A stretch of 63,202 bases of DNA, counting the filler, from Octopus bimaculoides (lineage: Eukaryota), in assembly GCF_001194135.2 (NCBI RefSeq). It is 8 parts of 7 records of this genome, joined end to end, with 100 filler letters (N's around TTAATTAATTAA, not from the genome) between each part and the next. Parts side by side here need not be neighbours in the genome. Positions count along the whole stretch, not along the records: positions 46,516 to 54,648 come from NC_069002.1; positions 54,749 to 63,202 come from NC_068988.1; 6 more parts are not named here. One strand, given 5' to 3'. Below are positions 50,423 through 61,140 of the stretch, in pieces. Within the stretch, counting starts at the first letter, position 1. The number at the start of each line of letters is the position of its first letter. The notes under the pieces were generated by a model. That model was given only the letters and a program-made list of their open reading frames with translations. It was not told where the DNA came from and did no database searches. The translations under genes and the position numbers were made by a program.

Positions 50423-50506
50423 ACAATTTGACAAACCTTGGGAGGAAGTTTCTTGCAAGAATGACGATTTTAGAAAACTAGATGTAGACAGCTGTTCCGG
50501 TTTTAC

Positions 50507-50754
50507 CATTAATTTTTTCGCTTTATCTCTGTCAGTCATTTGAAGAGTGTCTTTTTCTAAGCTATCAGCACTTTGAACTGTGTCCTTTGATATGGCATCC
50601 ACAGGATCTTCTGAATCTCTTAAACTTTTGGCACGAATATACTTTTTATCAGCAGCTGACTCTCTAGAAGCACCTTCGAATTCAATAGGTGGAGGACCTT
50701 CGAATCTCACTTTGGAACTGCTGGCCTCAGGTTCTTCGAGTACTCTCAAGTGGT
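50507..50754 (-). CDS. Internal coding exon (248 nt, phase 1/0) of the unidentified minus-strand gene; acidic, probably disordered
   Basis: TTTTTCTAATTTCAG|AC CAC...TTA ATG|GTAAAA. Open frame (D)HLRVLEEPEASSSKVRFEGPPPIEFEG...DRDKAKKLM, non-repetitive. Confidence 0.75.
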
Positions 50755-50768
50755 CTGAAATTAGAAAA

Positions 50769-50990
50769 ATCATCATCATCATCATCATCATCGTTTAACA
50801 TCCGCTTTCCATGCCAGCATGGGTTGGACGATTTGACTGAGGACTGGTGAAACCGGATGGCAACACCAGGCTCCAATCTAATTTGGCAGGGTTTCTACAG
50901 CTGGATGCCCTTCCTAACGCCAACCACTCAGAGAGTGTAGTGGGTGCTTTTACATGTCACCCGCACGAAGGCCAGTCAGGCGGTACTGGC
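50769..50990 (-). mobile_element. Family C copy whose tail abuts the 3' splice site of exon 50507-50754
   Basis: Reverse complement of family C. The (GAT)n tail ends about 14 nt before the exon. Confidence 0.85.
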
Positions 50991-51302
50991 AGTGTTTAGT
51001 AAGAAATGAAGTAGAATTGGTATTACATGTGAAGAAAATGGTATTACAATGGGATATAAACTGCAGCATGTGATAACGGACAGGATATGAGGTGGAGTAT
51101 GGGATCAGGAAAGGATATCAAATGAATGATGCAAAATTGGGACAGGATATCAACTGAATTATGAGATTGGGACTGGATATTATCTGAATTATCGGAATGG
51201 AAGAGGTTTTCAACAGTATAGGCCTGATGGATCAGGCTAATTTCAAGTATTACAACAACAATGACAACAACAACATGGCCAATGGAAGTATGAAAAATAA
51301 AC

Positions 51303-51568
51303 ACAGGCATGAGTGTGCGGTTAGCAACCTTGCTTCTTAATCATGTGATCTTGGGTTCAATCCCACCACATGGTATCATGGGCAAGTATAGCCTTGTCTT
51401 CTAGAATAGCTTTGGTCAACCTATAGGTTGACTAAAGTTTTGTGAGTGAATTTGGTTGGTGGAAACTGAAAGAAGCCCATGGCTGAGTGGTAAGAAGCTT
51501 GCTTCCCAACCACATGGTTCAGGGTTCAGTCCCACTGTGTAACACCTTGGGTAAGTGTCTTCTAGTAT
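51303..51568 (+). mobile_element. Two tandem family A heads, the second interrupted by an insertion
   Basis: Diverged head at 51303-51480. The second head (51481-51568) stops at GTGTCTTCTAGTAT. Confidence 0.75.
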
Positions 51569-51676
51569 AGGGCTTTCCTATAAGTAAGTTATCTCCCTTG
51601 GCTAGGCGGCGCTCCATGTAGATAATTAAACTTCCGGAGGCTAACCCACGCCATTGTTATTGTTTTACGTCTTATC

Positions 51677-51878
51677 ATGGATATAAAGCAGCTTGATGAT
51701 TCAGCTATCGAAGTACTTACTGTGCCTGAGTTAAAGAAATATTTAAGATTATATGGACAGTATGTTACTGGAAGAAAGGCGGACTTGACTGAAAGGTTGA
51801 AAGGAATAAAAATTCTGTTGATGAAGAATGTCAACAAAGTAAATTCATCGGACGATAAGTCTGAAGTATCGGACGATA
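51677..51878 (+). CDS. N-terminus of a SAP-domain protein on an inserted element (element starts about 51569; truncated by a gap)
   Basis: LTVPELKKYLRLYGQYVTGRKADLTERL fits the SAP motif (LTVxELKxxLxxxGxxxxGxKxxLxxRL). 67 codons with no stop. Confidence 0.7.
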
Positions 51879-52456
51879 NNNNNNNNNNNNNNNNNNNNNN
51901 NNNNNNNNNNNNNNNNNNNNNNNNNNNNNNNNNNNNNNNNNNNNNNNNNNNNNNNNNNNNNNNNNNNNNNNNNNNNNNNNNNNNNNNNNNNNNNNNNNNN
52001 NNNNNNNNNNNNNNNNNNNNNNNNNNNNNNNNNNNNNNNNNNNNNNNNNNNNNNNNNNNNNNNNNNNNNNNNNNNNNNNNNNNNNNNNNNNNNNNNNNNN
52101 NNNNNNNNNNNNNNNNNNNNNNNNNNNNNNNNNNNNNNNNNNNNNNNNNNNNNNNNNNNNNNNNNNNNNNNNNNNNNNNNNNNNNNNNNNNNNNNNNNNN
52201 NNNNNNNNNNNNNNNNNNNNNNNNNNNNNNNNNNNNNNNNNNNNNNNNNNNNNNNNNNNNNNNNNNNNNNNNNNNNNNNNNNNNNNNNNNNNNNNNNNNN
52301 NNNNNNNNNNNNNNNNNNNNNNNNNNNNNNNNNNNNNNNNNNNNNNNNNNNNNNNNNNNNNNNNNNNNNNNNNNNNNNNNNNNNNNNNNNNNNNNNNNNN
52401 NNNNNNNNNNNNNNNNNNNNNNNNNNNNNNNNNNNNNNNNNNNNNNNNNNNNNNNN

Positions 52457-52484
<28 letters not shown>

Positions 52485-52489
<5 letters not shown>

Positions 52490-52640
52490 GAATTTACAAA
52501 AAAATAAAAGACAAAGACGGGTGTGTAAACAACAAACAGATGTATTAGTTTAATGCTCGGAAAGTGAGAAAATCTTTAACATTTCAAGCCTATGCTCTCC
52601 GACAGAAAGGAACACAGAAATAAACAAGGAGAGAAAAGAT
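52485..52640 (-). mobile_element. Family F copy with decayed hammerhead-like fold at 52573-52610
   Basis: CCTTT|CTGTCGG|A|GAGC-ATAG-GCTT|GAA|ATGT|T|AAAGA, adjacent to (TA)n. Confidence 0.65.
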
Positions 52641-52891
52641 AAGAGGCCTTAGTGCCTCAATTTGAATTTGTATTTTTCTTGGTAAGAGGCTCAGTGCCTC
52701 AATTTGCATCCATTCTTTGAACTGAGGTAGGAGGTTCAATGCCTCACTTTGTTTTGTTGCAAAAAAAAGAGAATAATGTTTCCAAGAATGCAACAATCAG
52801 CAGGCGTTGTTTGCTTCTCCCACCAACCATTTTTTTCATTATCATTGTGTCTTTGTCGAGCCTGCAGCTGCATAGCCAATTTTATGAAATA

Positions 52892-53332
52892 AAGTAGCTT
52901 GCTTACCAACCACATGGTTCCAGATTCAGTTCCACTGCGTGGCACCTTGGGCAAGTGTCTTCAGCTATAGCCTTGGGCCAGCCAAAGGAAACATATATAT
53001 CTATGCGTGTGTGTGTGTGTGTGTGCGTGCGTGCGTGCGTGTGTGTTTGTCCCTCCACCATTGCTTGACAACTGATGTTGGTGTTTAAGTCCCCGCAACT
53101 TAGCGGTTCGGCAAAAGTAACCGATAGAATAAGTACTAGGCTTACAAAGAATAAGTCCTGGGGTCGATTTGCTCGACTAAAGGCAGTGCTCCAGCATGGC
53201 TGCAGTCAAATAAGTAAAACAAATAAAAGAATATATGTGTGTGTGTGTGTGTGTACTGTATATATGTTGTATGGAAACGTGTAGTGATTATTAAATAACT
53301 GTCTAACCATACTTCTTCTAATCTTATTTAAT

Positions 53333-53366
<34 letters not shown>

Positions 53367-53590
53367 TGTATGTGTGTATGTATGTCTTTGTGTCTGTGTT
53401 TATCCCTCACCATCAACTTTGGTGTTTACCTTCCTATAACTTAGCGGTTTGGCAAAAGATATCGATAAAATAAATACTAGGCTTTAACAATAAAACAACT
53501 ACTGGGGTCAGTTCATTCGACTAAAAACTCTGCAATGCGGTGCCCCAGCATGGCCACAGTTAAATGACTGAAACAAGTAAACGATAAAAA
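52892..53590 (+). mobile_element. SINE family A (52892-53231) plus a second tail block (about 53380-53590)
   Basis: Matches the family A head and tail. Confidence 0.8.
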
Positions 53591-53707
53591 ATTATCCATG
53601 TCTAAATCTATGTATCTTCTATATACTTATAAAAAGCAAGTTTGTTTGAAGATTAATCATTAATTTCACCAAATAAAATTGGCAATAAGTTAGTTTTGTG
53701 TGTGTGT

Positions 53708-53773
<66 letters not shown>

Positions 53774-53862
53774 ATAAGTGATCTTACCCCCATCATGCTT
53801 GCTGTGGACTGCCCCACCCACCGAAAACGGGTTTGGAGGTTGAGGGTAAATTTATAATTTAC

Positions 53863-53884
53863 CTTTATAATTCGAAGTTGAATA
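53863..53884 (-). CDS. Candidate 22-nt exon (phase 0/1; YSTSNYK plus G)
   Basis: TTAATTATTTTTACAG|TATTCAACTTCGAATTATAAAG|GTAAAT. The phase fits exon 50507-50754, but the donor overlaps a palindrome that may be repeat-derived. Confidence 0.3.
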
Positions 53885-54599
53885 CTGTAAAAATAATTAA
53901 TGGACAGCCAGAGCCTTATATCTTGTCAGTTAAGCTGCGAAAACAAGACTAAAATAACAAACGGAATGGGAATGAGTGACAGTTAGAAACGCTAAATGTA
54001 GACGAACTGTAATGAAAGAGTTTGTTCTGAATCAAAATAACACTGCAAATTTTTTAGCATAAATCGAATTTAGTTTATCAATTCCATACACACACAAACA
54101 CACACACACCACACGTATATAAATATATAAATGAAATTAAATATTAACCTCGTTTGCTTTCAAAATATTATTTTCTTCTCCAACTATAACATATTTTGTA
54201 GATTACATTGATCTCCAAAATGTAAACAAATACGTGCGGACGCGCACGTACGCATATGTGTATGTATATACATATGCGTGCGTGTATATAAATGTGTATG
54301 TGTATTTATGAGTGCATACACACACACATACACAGACGTAAATATGCATATACAGCATTTTAACGTGTATAAGGAAACCCCTAATTTGGGGGGCTTAAAA
54401 TTTGGAAAAAAAAGTTTTTGTAAGGGATTATAATACTATCCATGTCTAAAAAAAAAACTCCCATATTTTTTAAACCTAATTTTTGATAGAAAAGTATTCC
54501 TTACACGGTATGTATGAGTGAGACAAATATATATGCATGTGTGTGTGTGTGTGTGTGTATGTATATATGTCTGTGTGCATATACATATATATGGATGTG

Positions 54600-54648
<49 letters not shown>

Positions 54649-54984
54649 NNNNNNNNNNNNNNNNNNNNNNNNNNNNNNNNNNNNNNNNNNNNTTAATTAA
54701 TTAANNNNNNNNNNNNNNNNNNNNNNNNNNNNNNNNNNNNNNNNNNNNATATATATATATATATATATAGGTATGTATATGTATGTATGGATATATGCAT
54801 ATATTTATATATTATTTATATTATATATATATATGTTACATATATGTTACATATATATAACATATATAAGTATATATAAATATTATTTATATGCATATAT
54901 ATGTACAGATATATATATATATAACATATATGTATATGTTGTTGTATTTGGGGATGGTCATGTTGCCAGTTTAGCCAATAAAAA

Positions 54985-55081
54985 CACACGTAAACGCTCG
55001 TAAAGCGAAAACTCATAAAAAGAAAACTCGTAGATCCGGGGTCTCGTAAAGCGGGTCTTCGTAAAGTGAGGTATTACTGTA
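54985..55081. mobile_element. pogo/Tigger-like MITE end
   Basis: Repeated (C/T)TCGTAAAG(C/T)G units ending GTGAGGTATTACTG followed by TA. Confidence 0.6.
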
Positions 55082-55139
55082 TATATCTCGAAGTGTATTA
55101 GATTACATACAGCTCACAAAAGCTGGTATATTTATCTGG

Positions 55140-55600
55140 GTTGCTGAAACACAAACACAATCAATGATCTACTAACGCAAACAACACCAAATTCTACGAA
55201 GGCTGTCACCAAATGCTTGTCCGTCTAATTTTATTTCGTGTACTGTATTATAATGAGTTGCAATGGCACGTTGCTGTCCTTTCGCAGCATTCTACACGGC
55301 TAAAATGAAAAATAAACTTGTTCCCAAACAGAACCGCAATTATCTACACACAATTATATACACCAGCTACGTTGATGACATATTTATTGTGACAAATACA
55401 AACGTACATGCTGAAAGATTTCAGGAAAATCTTGAAAATAGCTCACTCTTAATATTTACGATCCGTCATGCCTAAACTCAAGCCGTAACACCCTCCTCCC
55501 ATCCTCACACATAAATATAGCGGTTAGGAATAACACATGTAACACCCCAGTTTACACACACAAAATACAGACAAGGTGCATTCCAGAATATTTCAGACGT
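55140..55600 (+). mobile_element. Penelope-like element reverse transcriptase fragment
   Basis: VAMARCCPFAAFY (vs GVAMGSPLGPxxANFY), then YVDDIFIV, then a thumb-like FT...NT...VYT segment. Frameshifted. Confidence 0.7.
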
Positions 55601-55628
55601 TTCTTGGAGAGGCAGTTATGACTGTCGT

Positions 55629-55712
55629 ACGTTATTTGATATCGCTTGTTTGACGTTGATGATTCAACAGCATCGAATCAGAGAAGACAAATAAGCGATA
55701 TCAAACAAACGT
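55629..55712 (-). other. Extended hairpin (18-bp outer stem, 7x7 internal loop, 8-bp inner stem)
   Basis: 55635-55652 pairs with 55688-55705. 55660-55667 pairs with 55673-55680. Confidence 0.55.
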
Positions 55713-55764
55713 GTTAATATTTTCCTAGTTCACCCCCACCTCTCTCTCTCTCTCTCTCATTATT

Positions 55765-55796
<32 letters not shown>

Positions 55797-55854
55797 TCAC
55801 TCTCTCTGTTTCTGTGCGACTGTTTAGTTACGTCTGCATGAATGTGTAATATCT

Positions 55855-55908
<54 letters not shown>

Positions 55909-56959
55909 CCTCTCTTTGTTTCTGTTTATGTGTGACTGTTTAGTTACATCTGCATGAATGTCTAATATGCCCCCTCTCTCTCTCTCTCATACGCCCCATC
56001 ACTCTCCTCTCGTACTCCCTCATTCTCTTTCGTTCTCTCTCTCTCATTTTCTCTCAATTTTTCTTTCGTTTTCTCTCTTTTTGTTTCTATCTCTCTCTCT
56101 CTTTCTCTCTGTGAGCATCTAATTATGTTTGTATGTTTAATATCTTTCTCTCTCTCCGTCTCTATCTCTCTCTCTCCGTCTCTACCTATATCAACCTGTA
56201 TGTGAATATTTCTGCGTGTATGTATGTGTTAGTGTGCGTGTGTAAGCGTTTGCCTCCAGTGCCAAAACGTACTGTCTCCAACACAAGTTCAATATCCAGA
56301 CAGCTGCACTAATTCGCCAGCATTCATATAACCATGCTCACTCGTCTCAACCCGATCTAATTCTTGCCTCTATCTTTAAGGCAACACTATCACCGCTTAT
56401 GATAACCGAGTGCATTGAGTTTATAATCTGATATAATTACACTAATCTTGCTTTAACATGTCATTTCACGGTTATATCTAACATAATAAATATTTCTACG
56501 TCAATTAAGTTTTCATTATTTCTGCTAAACATTAGTTTCTTGCACTGGCTCAAGACCATAAATTGTTAAGACGGATTAGAGTTTATTAAAGTAACTCCAG
56601 GTAACTGTATTAAGATTTGTTCTGTCAACGTTTTCAGTTCAGAACATAATGGAAGGTACTCGGACCCGTCTGTCAGCTCAACACCTTTATTATTTCATTA
56701 GAAATCTCTAACTCTGCTATAAGACGAAAGGTTACAGTCGATTAAACAGGCTACAGGACATTATTTTTATATTATTTTATTAACACCAGGAAAAGGTGTT
56801 AATATATCTATTTTTATTAACCATAGAATGATTAATAACAAAGTCTGGTTCGGTTGCATTTGGTGTCGGTCAATATTGACATCCATCCTACCGATTTTGA
56901 AAAGTAGATGCCATTGACTGCGAATGCACATTTTGTCTATTACTATACGCTGTCATTAA

Positions 56960-57385
56960 GCCGGCAAGCTAGTAGAGTTGTTAGCACGCAGGACAAAATA
57001 CTTAGCGGAATTTCGTCCGTCTTTACGTTCTGAGTTCAAATTCCTCCGAGGTCGACTTCGCCCTTCATCCTCTTCGGAGTCAATAAAATAAGTACCAGTT
57101 GCGTACTGGAGCCGATGTAATCGAGTTAACCCCTCCTCCGAACTTGCTGACCTTATATTAAGCTTTGAAACCATCATTATAACCTGTGTGATGTTGTATC
57201 TATATTAGATATTAGCTTGGTAAAAGATATTAGCTTGGTAAAAATGCTTTGCTACATTCGTTCTGGCTCTTTATGCTCTGAGTTCAAATCCCGCAGAGGT
57301 CGGTTTTTCCTTTCATCTTTTTAGGGTCGATGAAATAAAATACTAGTCAAAAACTGGGATTGATGTGATCCACTAAGCCCTCTCC
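56960..57385 (+). mobile_element. Two SINE family B copies (56960-57180, and a diverged copy at 57242-57385)
   Basis: GAGTTCAAAT(T)CC..(C/A)GAGGTCG..TT..CC.TTCATC blocks. Confidence 0.8.
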
Positions 57386-57394
57386 AAAAGGTAT

Positions 57395-57782
57395 CTGATT
57401 TCCACACAGTTTTCATCAACCAGATTTACTCAAAAGGCATTGGTGGTTCTGGAACGGTAGCAGTAGACGCTTGCCTCTATGATGTCACGCAGTAATACTG
57501 AACCCGAATCTATGTGGATCTCAAGCCGTACATAGAACCAATGTTTCGTTCCCTTGAAAACCTAAGTTCAAGCCATTCTATAAATGTAGTAAAATTAATT
57601 CCAATGCATATCACCCTTCATAGTCGCAGACATCATTCTGTGGTTCAGAAGCTCCCTTTGCAATCCCGTGATTTCGGGCTCAGTGCCACATCGCGGCACC
57701 TTAGGTGCTTTGTACTATAGCCCCGGGTCGACCAATGCCCTGTGAGTGAATTTGGAAGACGGAAACTATGTGGAAGCCAGAT
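57395..57782. mobile_element. Two diverged family A-related heads in opposite orientation
   Basis: (-) about 57395-57517, (+) about 57638-57782. Confidence 0.6.
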
Positions 57783-57795
57783 GTATGCTTATATA

Positions 57796-57839
<44 letters not shown>

Positions 57840-59049
57840 NNNNNNNNNNNNNNNNNNNNNNNNNNNNNNNNNNNNNNNNNNNNNNNNNNNNNNNNNNNNN
57901 NNNNNNNNNNNNNNNNNNNNNNNNNNNNNNNNNNNNNNNNNNNNNNNNNNNNNNNNNNNNNNNNNNNNNNNNNNNNNNNNNNNNNNNNNNNNNNNNNNNN
58001 NNNNNNNNNNNNNNNNNNNNNNNNNNNNNNNNNNNNNNNNNNNNNNNNNNNNNNNNNNNNNNNNNNNNNNNNNNNNNNNNNNNNNNNNNNNNNNNNNNNN
58101 NNNNNNNNNNNNNNNNNNNNNNNNNNNNNNNNNNNNNNNNNNNNNNNNNNNNNNNNNNNNNNNNNNNNNNNNNNNNNNNNNNNNNNNNNNNNNNNNNNNN
58201 NNNNNNNNNNNNNNNNNNNNNNNNNNNNNNNNNNNNNNNNNNNNNNNNNNNNNNNNNNNNNNNNNNNNNNNNNNNNNNNNNNNNNNNNNNNNNNNNNNNN
58301 NNNNNNNNNNNNNNNNNNNNNNNNNNNNNNNNNNNNNNNNNNNNNNNNNNNNNNNNNNNNNNNNNNNNNNNNNNNNNNNNNNNNNNNNNNNNNNNNNNNN
58401 NNNNNNNNNNNNNNNNNNNNNNNNNNNNNNNNNNNNNNNNNNNNNNNNNNNNNNNNNNNNNNATATATATATATATATACATATATGTACATACATATAT
58501 AAATATATATACTTATATATACATATCCATATACTCATATATGTATATACGCATATACATATATTTATTTATATGTGTGTATGTGTTAAAGTGCGTGTAT
58601 GCGCGCGTGTGTGTATGTGTACCTATGATCTTCACATAAAAAAGTTCAAACACGGGTTAGATAGTTTATGTAACAATTACGAAATGGAACAAGATGGAAC
58701 ATTAATATTCAGAGGACACGGATATATCATCATCATCAACAGCAGTAGCAGCAGCAGCATCATCATTATCATCATCATCATCACCATCATATGACTTTGA
58801 TTCAATGATAAATCATGAAAAGAAAGAAAGAAATCTGAGTGGGGAAATAGCTGATAAAACATTATTCAATAAGTACACATCGGAAATGAACGAAAGAGCT
58901 ATTTAGTCACTGATTTATAGGCAAATGATTGTTCTCCATCAGTGTATATATTGATTTATACACGTATACGTGCATATATATCAATATATATAATATAATA
59001 TAATATATATGTGTGTGTAAGTGTGTGTCTGTGTGTATGTATACCTATA

Positions 59050-59620
59050 TACAGGGGTTGGACAAAATAATGGAAACACCTTAAAATTTCAAACAAATTT
59101 ATTTTAATATGGGGTAGCACCGCCTTTGGCAGTAATTACAGCTTGAATTCTACGAGGTATCGACTCGAACAAAGTTTGAATTGTTTCCAAACGAATTTTT
59201 GTCCATTCTTCAGCTAAAACAGTCTCCAGTTCTTGTAGTGATGATGGTGGAGGATATCGACTCCTTACTTGTTTTTCTAAAATGCACCATGAAAGTTCAA
59301 TAATATTGAGATCTGGGGACTGTGGTGGCCAAATAAGATGTTCAACTTCACTAGAATGCTCCTCGTGCCATTCAGTAAAAACTTTAACCGTGTGAATTGG
59401 TGTATTATCATCCTGAAAGATTGCGTTTCCCTCCGGAAACAATTCCGCAACCATAGGATGAATTTGATCAGATAAAATGCTTAAATAGTCATGACTATTA
59501 ATTCTGCCATGAAGGAAAACCATTGGGCTGGCGGATTTTCAAGATATATCCCACCCCACGCCAGATCATCACAGATCCTCCTCCATGTTTAACAGCTGGA
59601 AGAACGCAGTCTGGGTGGGA
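59050..59620 (-). mobile_element. Tc1-like transposon, 3' half with terminal inverted repeat
   Basis: PDCVLPAVKHGGGSVMIW, then IFQDDNTPIH, WPPQSPDLNIIE, and SIPRRIQAVITAKGGATPY-stop (59104). Terminus TA-CAGGGGTTGGACAAAATAATGGAAACAC at 59050. Confidence 0.9.
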
Positions 59621-60880
59621 GTCGGGTAGGTGTGGGATGGGGTCGTCCTTTACAGCGTGTGCCTTTTTTTCTCTTTCTTCTCTTTCTCCCAGCTGTTTCC
59701 CGTTCATTGTCCATCTCCTCTTCTTCGACGCTGGTACTGGTCTTTGCCTGTGGTGCCGTTTCATTCTCCTTTTTCTCAACCTCCACGGGCAGTGGAGCAC
59801 CAGTCACTTTCTCACTCTATTGTCTCTCCTTAGCCTTCACAGGTGATGGAGGACAATCTGCTCTAATGTAGCCTTTTAAGCCACATTTGTAGCACCGCGG
59901 AATCCTCCCTTCCACTCTGACTTTCAGTGTTGCGTCTCCGACCGAAACTGTCTCTACCATACTTTCGATATCTTCCACGGCAACCTGTTCTACCATATCG
60001 AGGCTTTGTCTTGGCCAGTTCCTGTGGGGTGTTCTGGTGGCCTGGAGGACCACCACCTTTTCCTCCATGTCTAGTAGTATGGCAGCTACCAGCCAGGCTA
60101 CATCTACTTCTGGGGGTGTGTCTTCTACCCCAACCCTGGAAGCACGTCTCCCAAGGTATACGGGTAGAAGCACCACTTCATCAGTTCTCAACGGTGTTGC
60201 TGAGTGCAGCCTGGCAGTAGCTACCTCGCAAAATCGCACTTGCACGGTCCCAAATTTTCCTCCTCTGGCAAGGTAGGAAATTCCTTGCCAGATTGGTTTA
60301 AGTACTCTTTCCACTTGAGTCGTCGTCATGGTTTCAATTTTCCTGGCTGCTACCGAGTACGTTCTGTAAATTACTGTTTTCTCATCTCTTTCCTTTAATA
60401 CTTCGTTAGTGGGGGGGGGGACACCTTCACTTCGTTCCCCTCCCTTTTAATCATTTCCTTGAATTTACTTATATCCTCTAGCCTCACGTCTTCGCTTTTT
60501 TTCTTTCATCACCTCTGCATAATTCTCCGTTTCCATCACCTCGTCAGTCTTCTTAAAACACTCTACTATTTCTTCCTCAGACGACACAAAGTCTGAAGAA
60601 GGATAGTTTAAATCTTCACAACTCCTCACCCGACGCCCCCCCCCATTAAACAAGAGGGGAAAACGTCCCACCGCTAAGACAGCAAAAAAAAAAACACGTG
60701 TGTTACAAACAAAACCAACAATTTGACTGACAAACGATATACCGGAATCAAGCTTTTTACCACACAGCCACGTAAAGTAAACAGGAACAGATCGACGAAA
60801 ACTAAAGCCATACTGAAGTGAAACGTGACAAACCGAACAGCGCGCAAACGATGGAAATTTGTGTTTGTCCCGGGACACAT
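59621..60880 (-). mobile_element. 5' part and ORF1 of an L1/Tx1-like LINE
   Basis: ORF 59817-60329 ends in a zinc-knuckle-like CYKCGLKGYIRADC (H to Y), followed by a basic stretch (RKRRKRKK). No ORF2 is present. Clade assignment is tentative. Confidence 0.6.
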
Positions 60881-60997
60881 TACTTCCATTACATCATCTA
60901 TCATGTGTTATTTATCTATTTACACCGGACTGTCAAATATGCGAAATATAATAACTACGCAATACATGCTACAGAACTGGAATATTAATTTACTTAC

Positions 60998-61140
60998 CGA
61001 AAGCTGACACTTCACTCTGCGAGAGCGAACCACTGCAAAGATCAATGCGTCACAAATTTTTGGGGGTGTCTTTTCACTTGCCGTTTTCAGCTCAGCCAGA
61101 AACAAATCAATTCGGCAAATATTTGCGCAGCATAACAAGC
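60998..61140 (-). other. Candidate non-coding first exon (upper boundary approximate)
   Basis: Strong donor TCG|GTAAGTAA at 60998/60997 after a CpG-containing stretch. No acceptor was seen. Confidence 0.25.

Noticed and set aside
50835-50860. CTGAGGA-CTGGT-GAAAC in family C copies as a hammerhead
   Set aside because: There is no room for stem II and no valid stem I, stem III or UH site.
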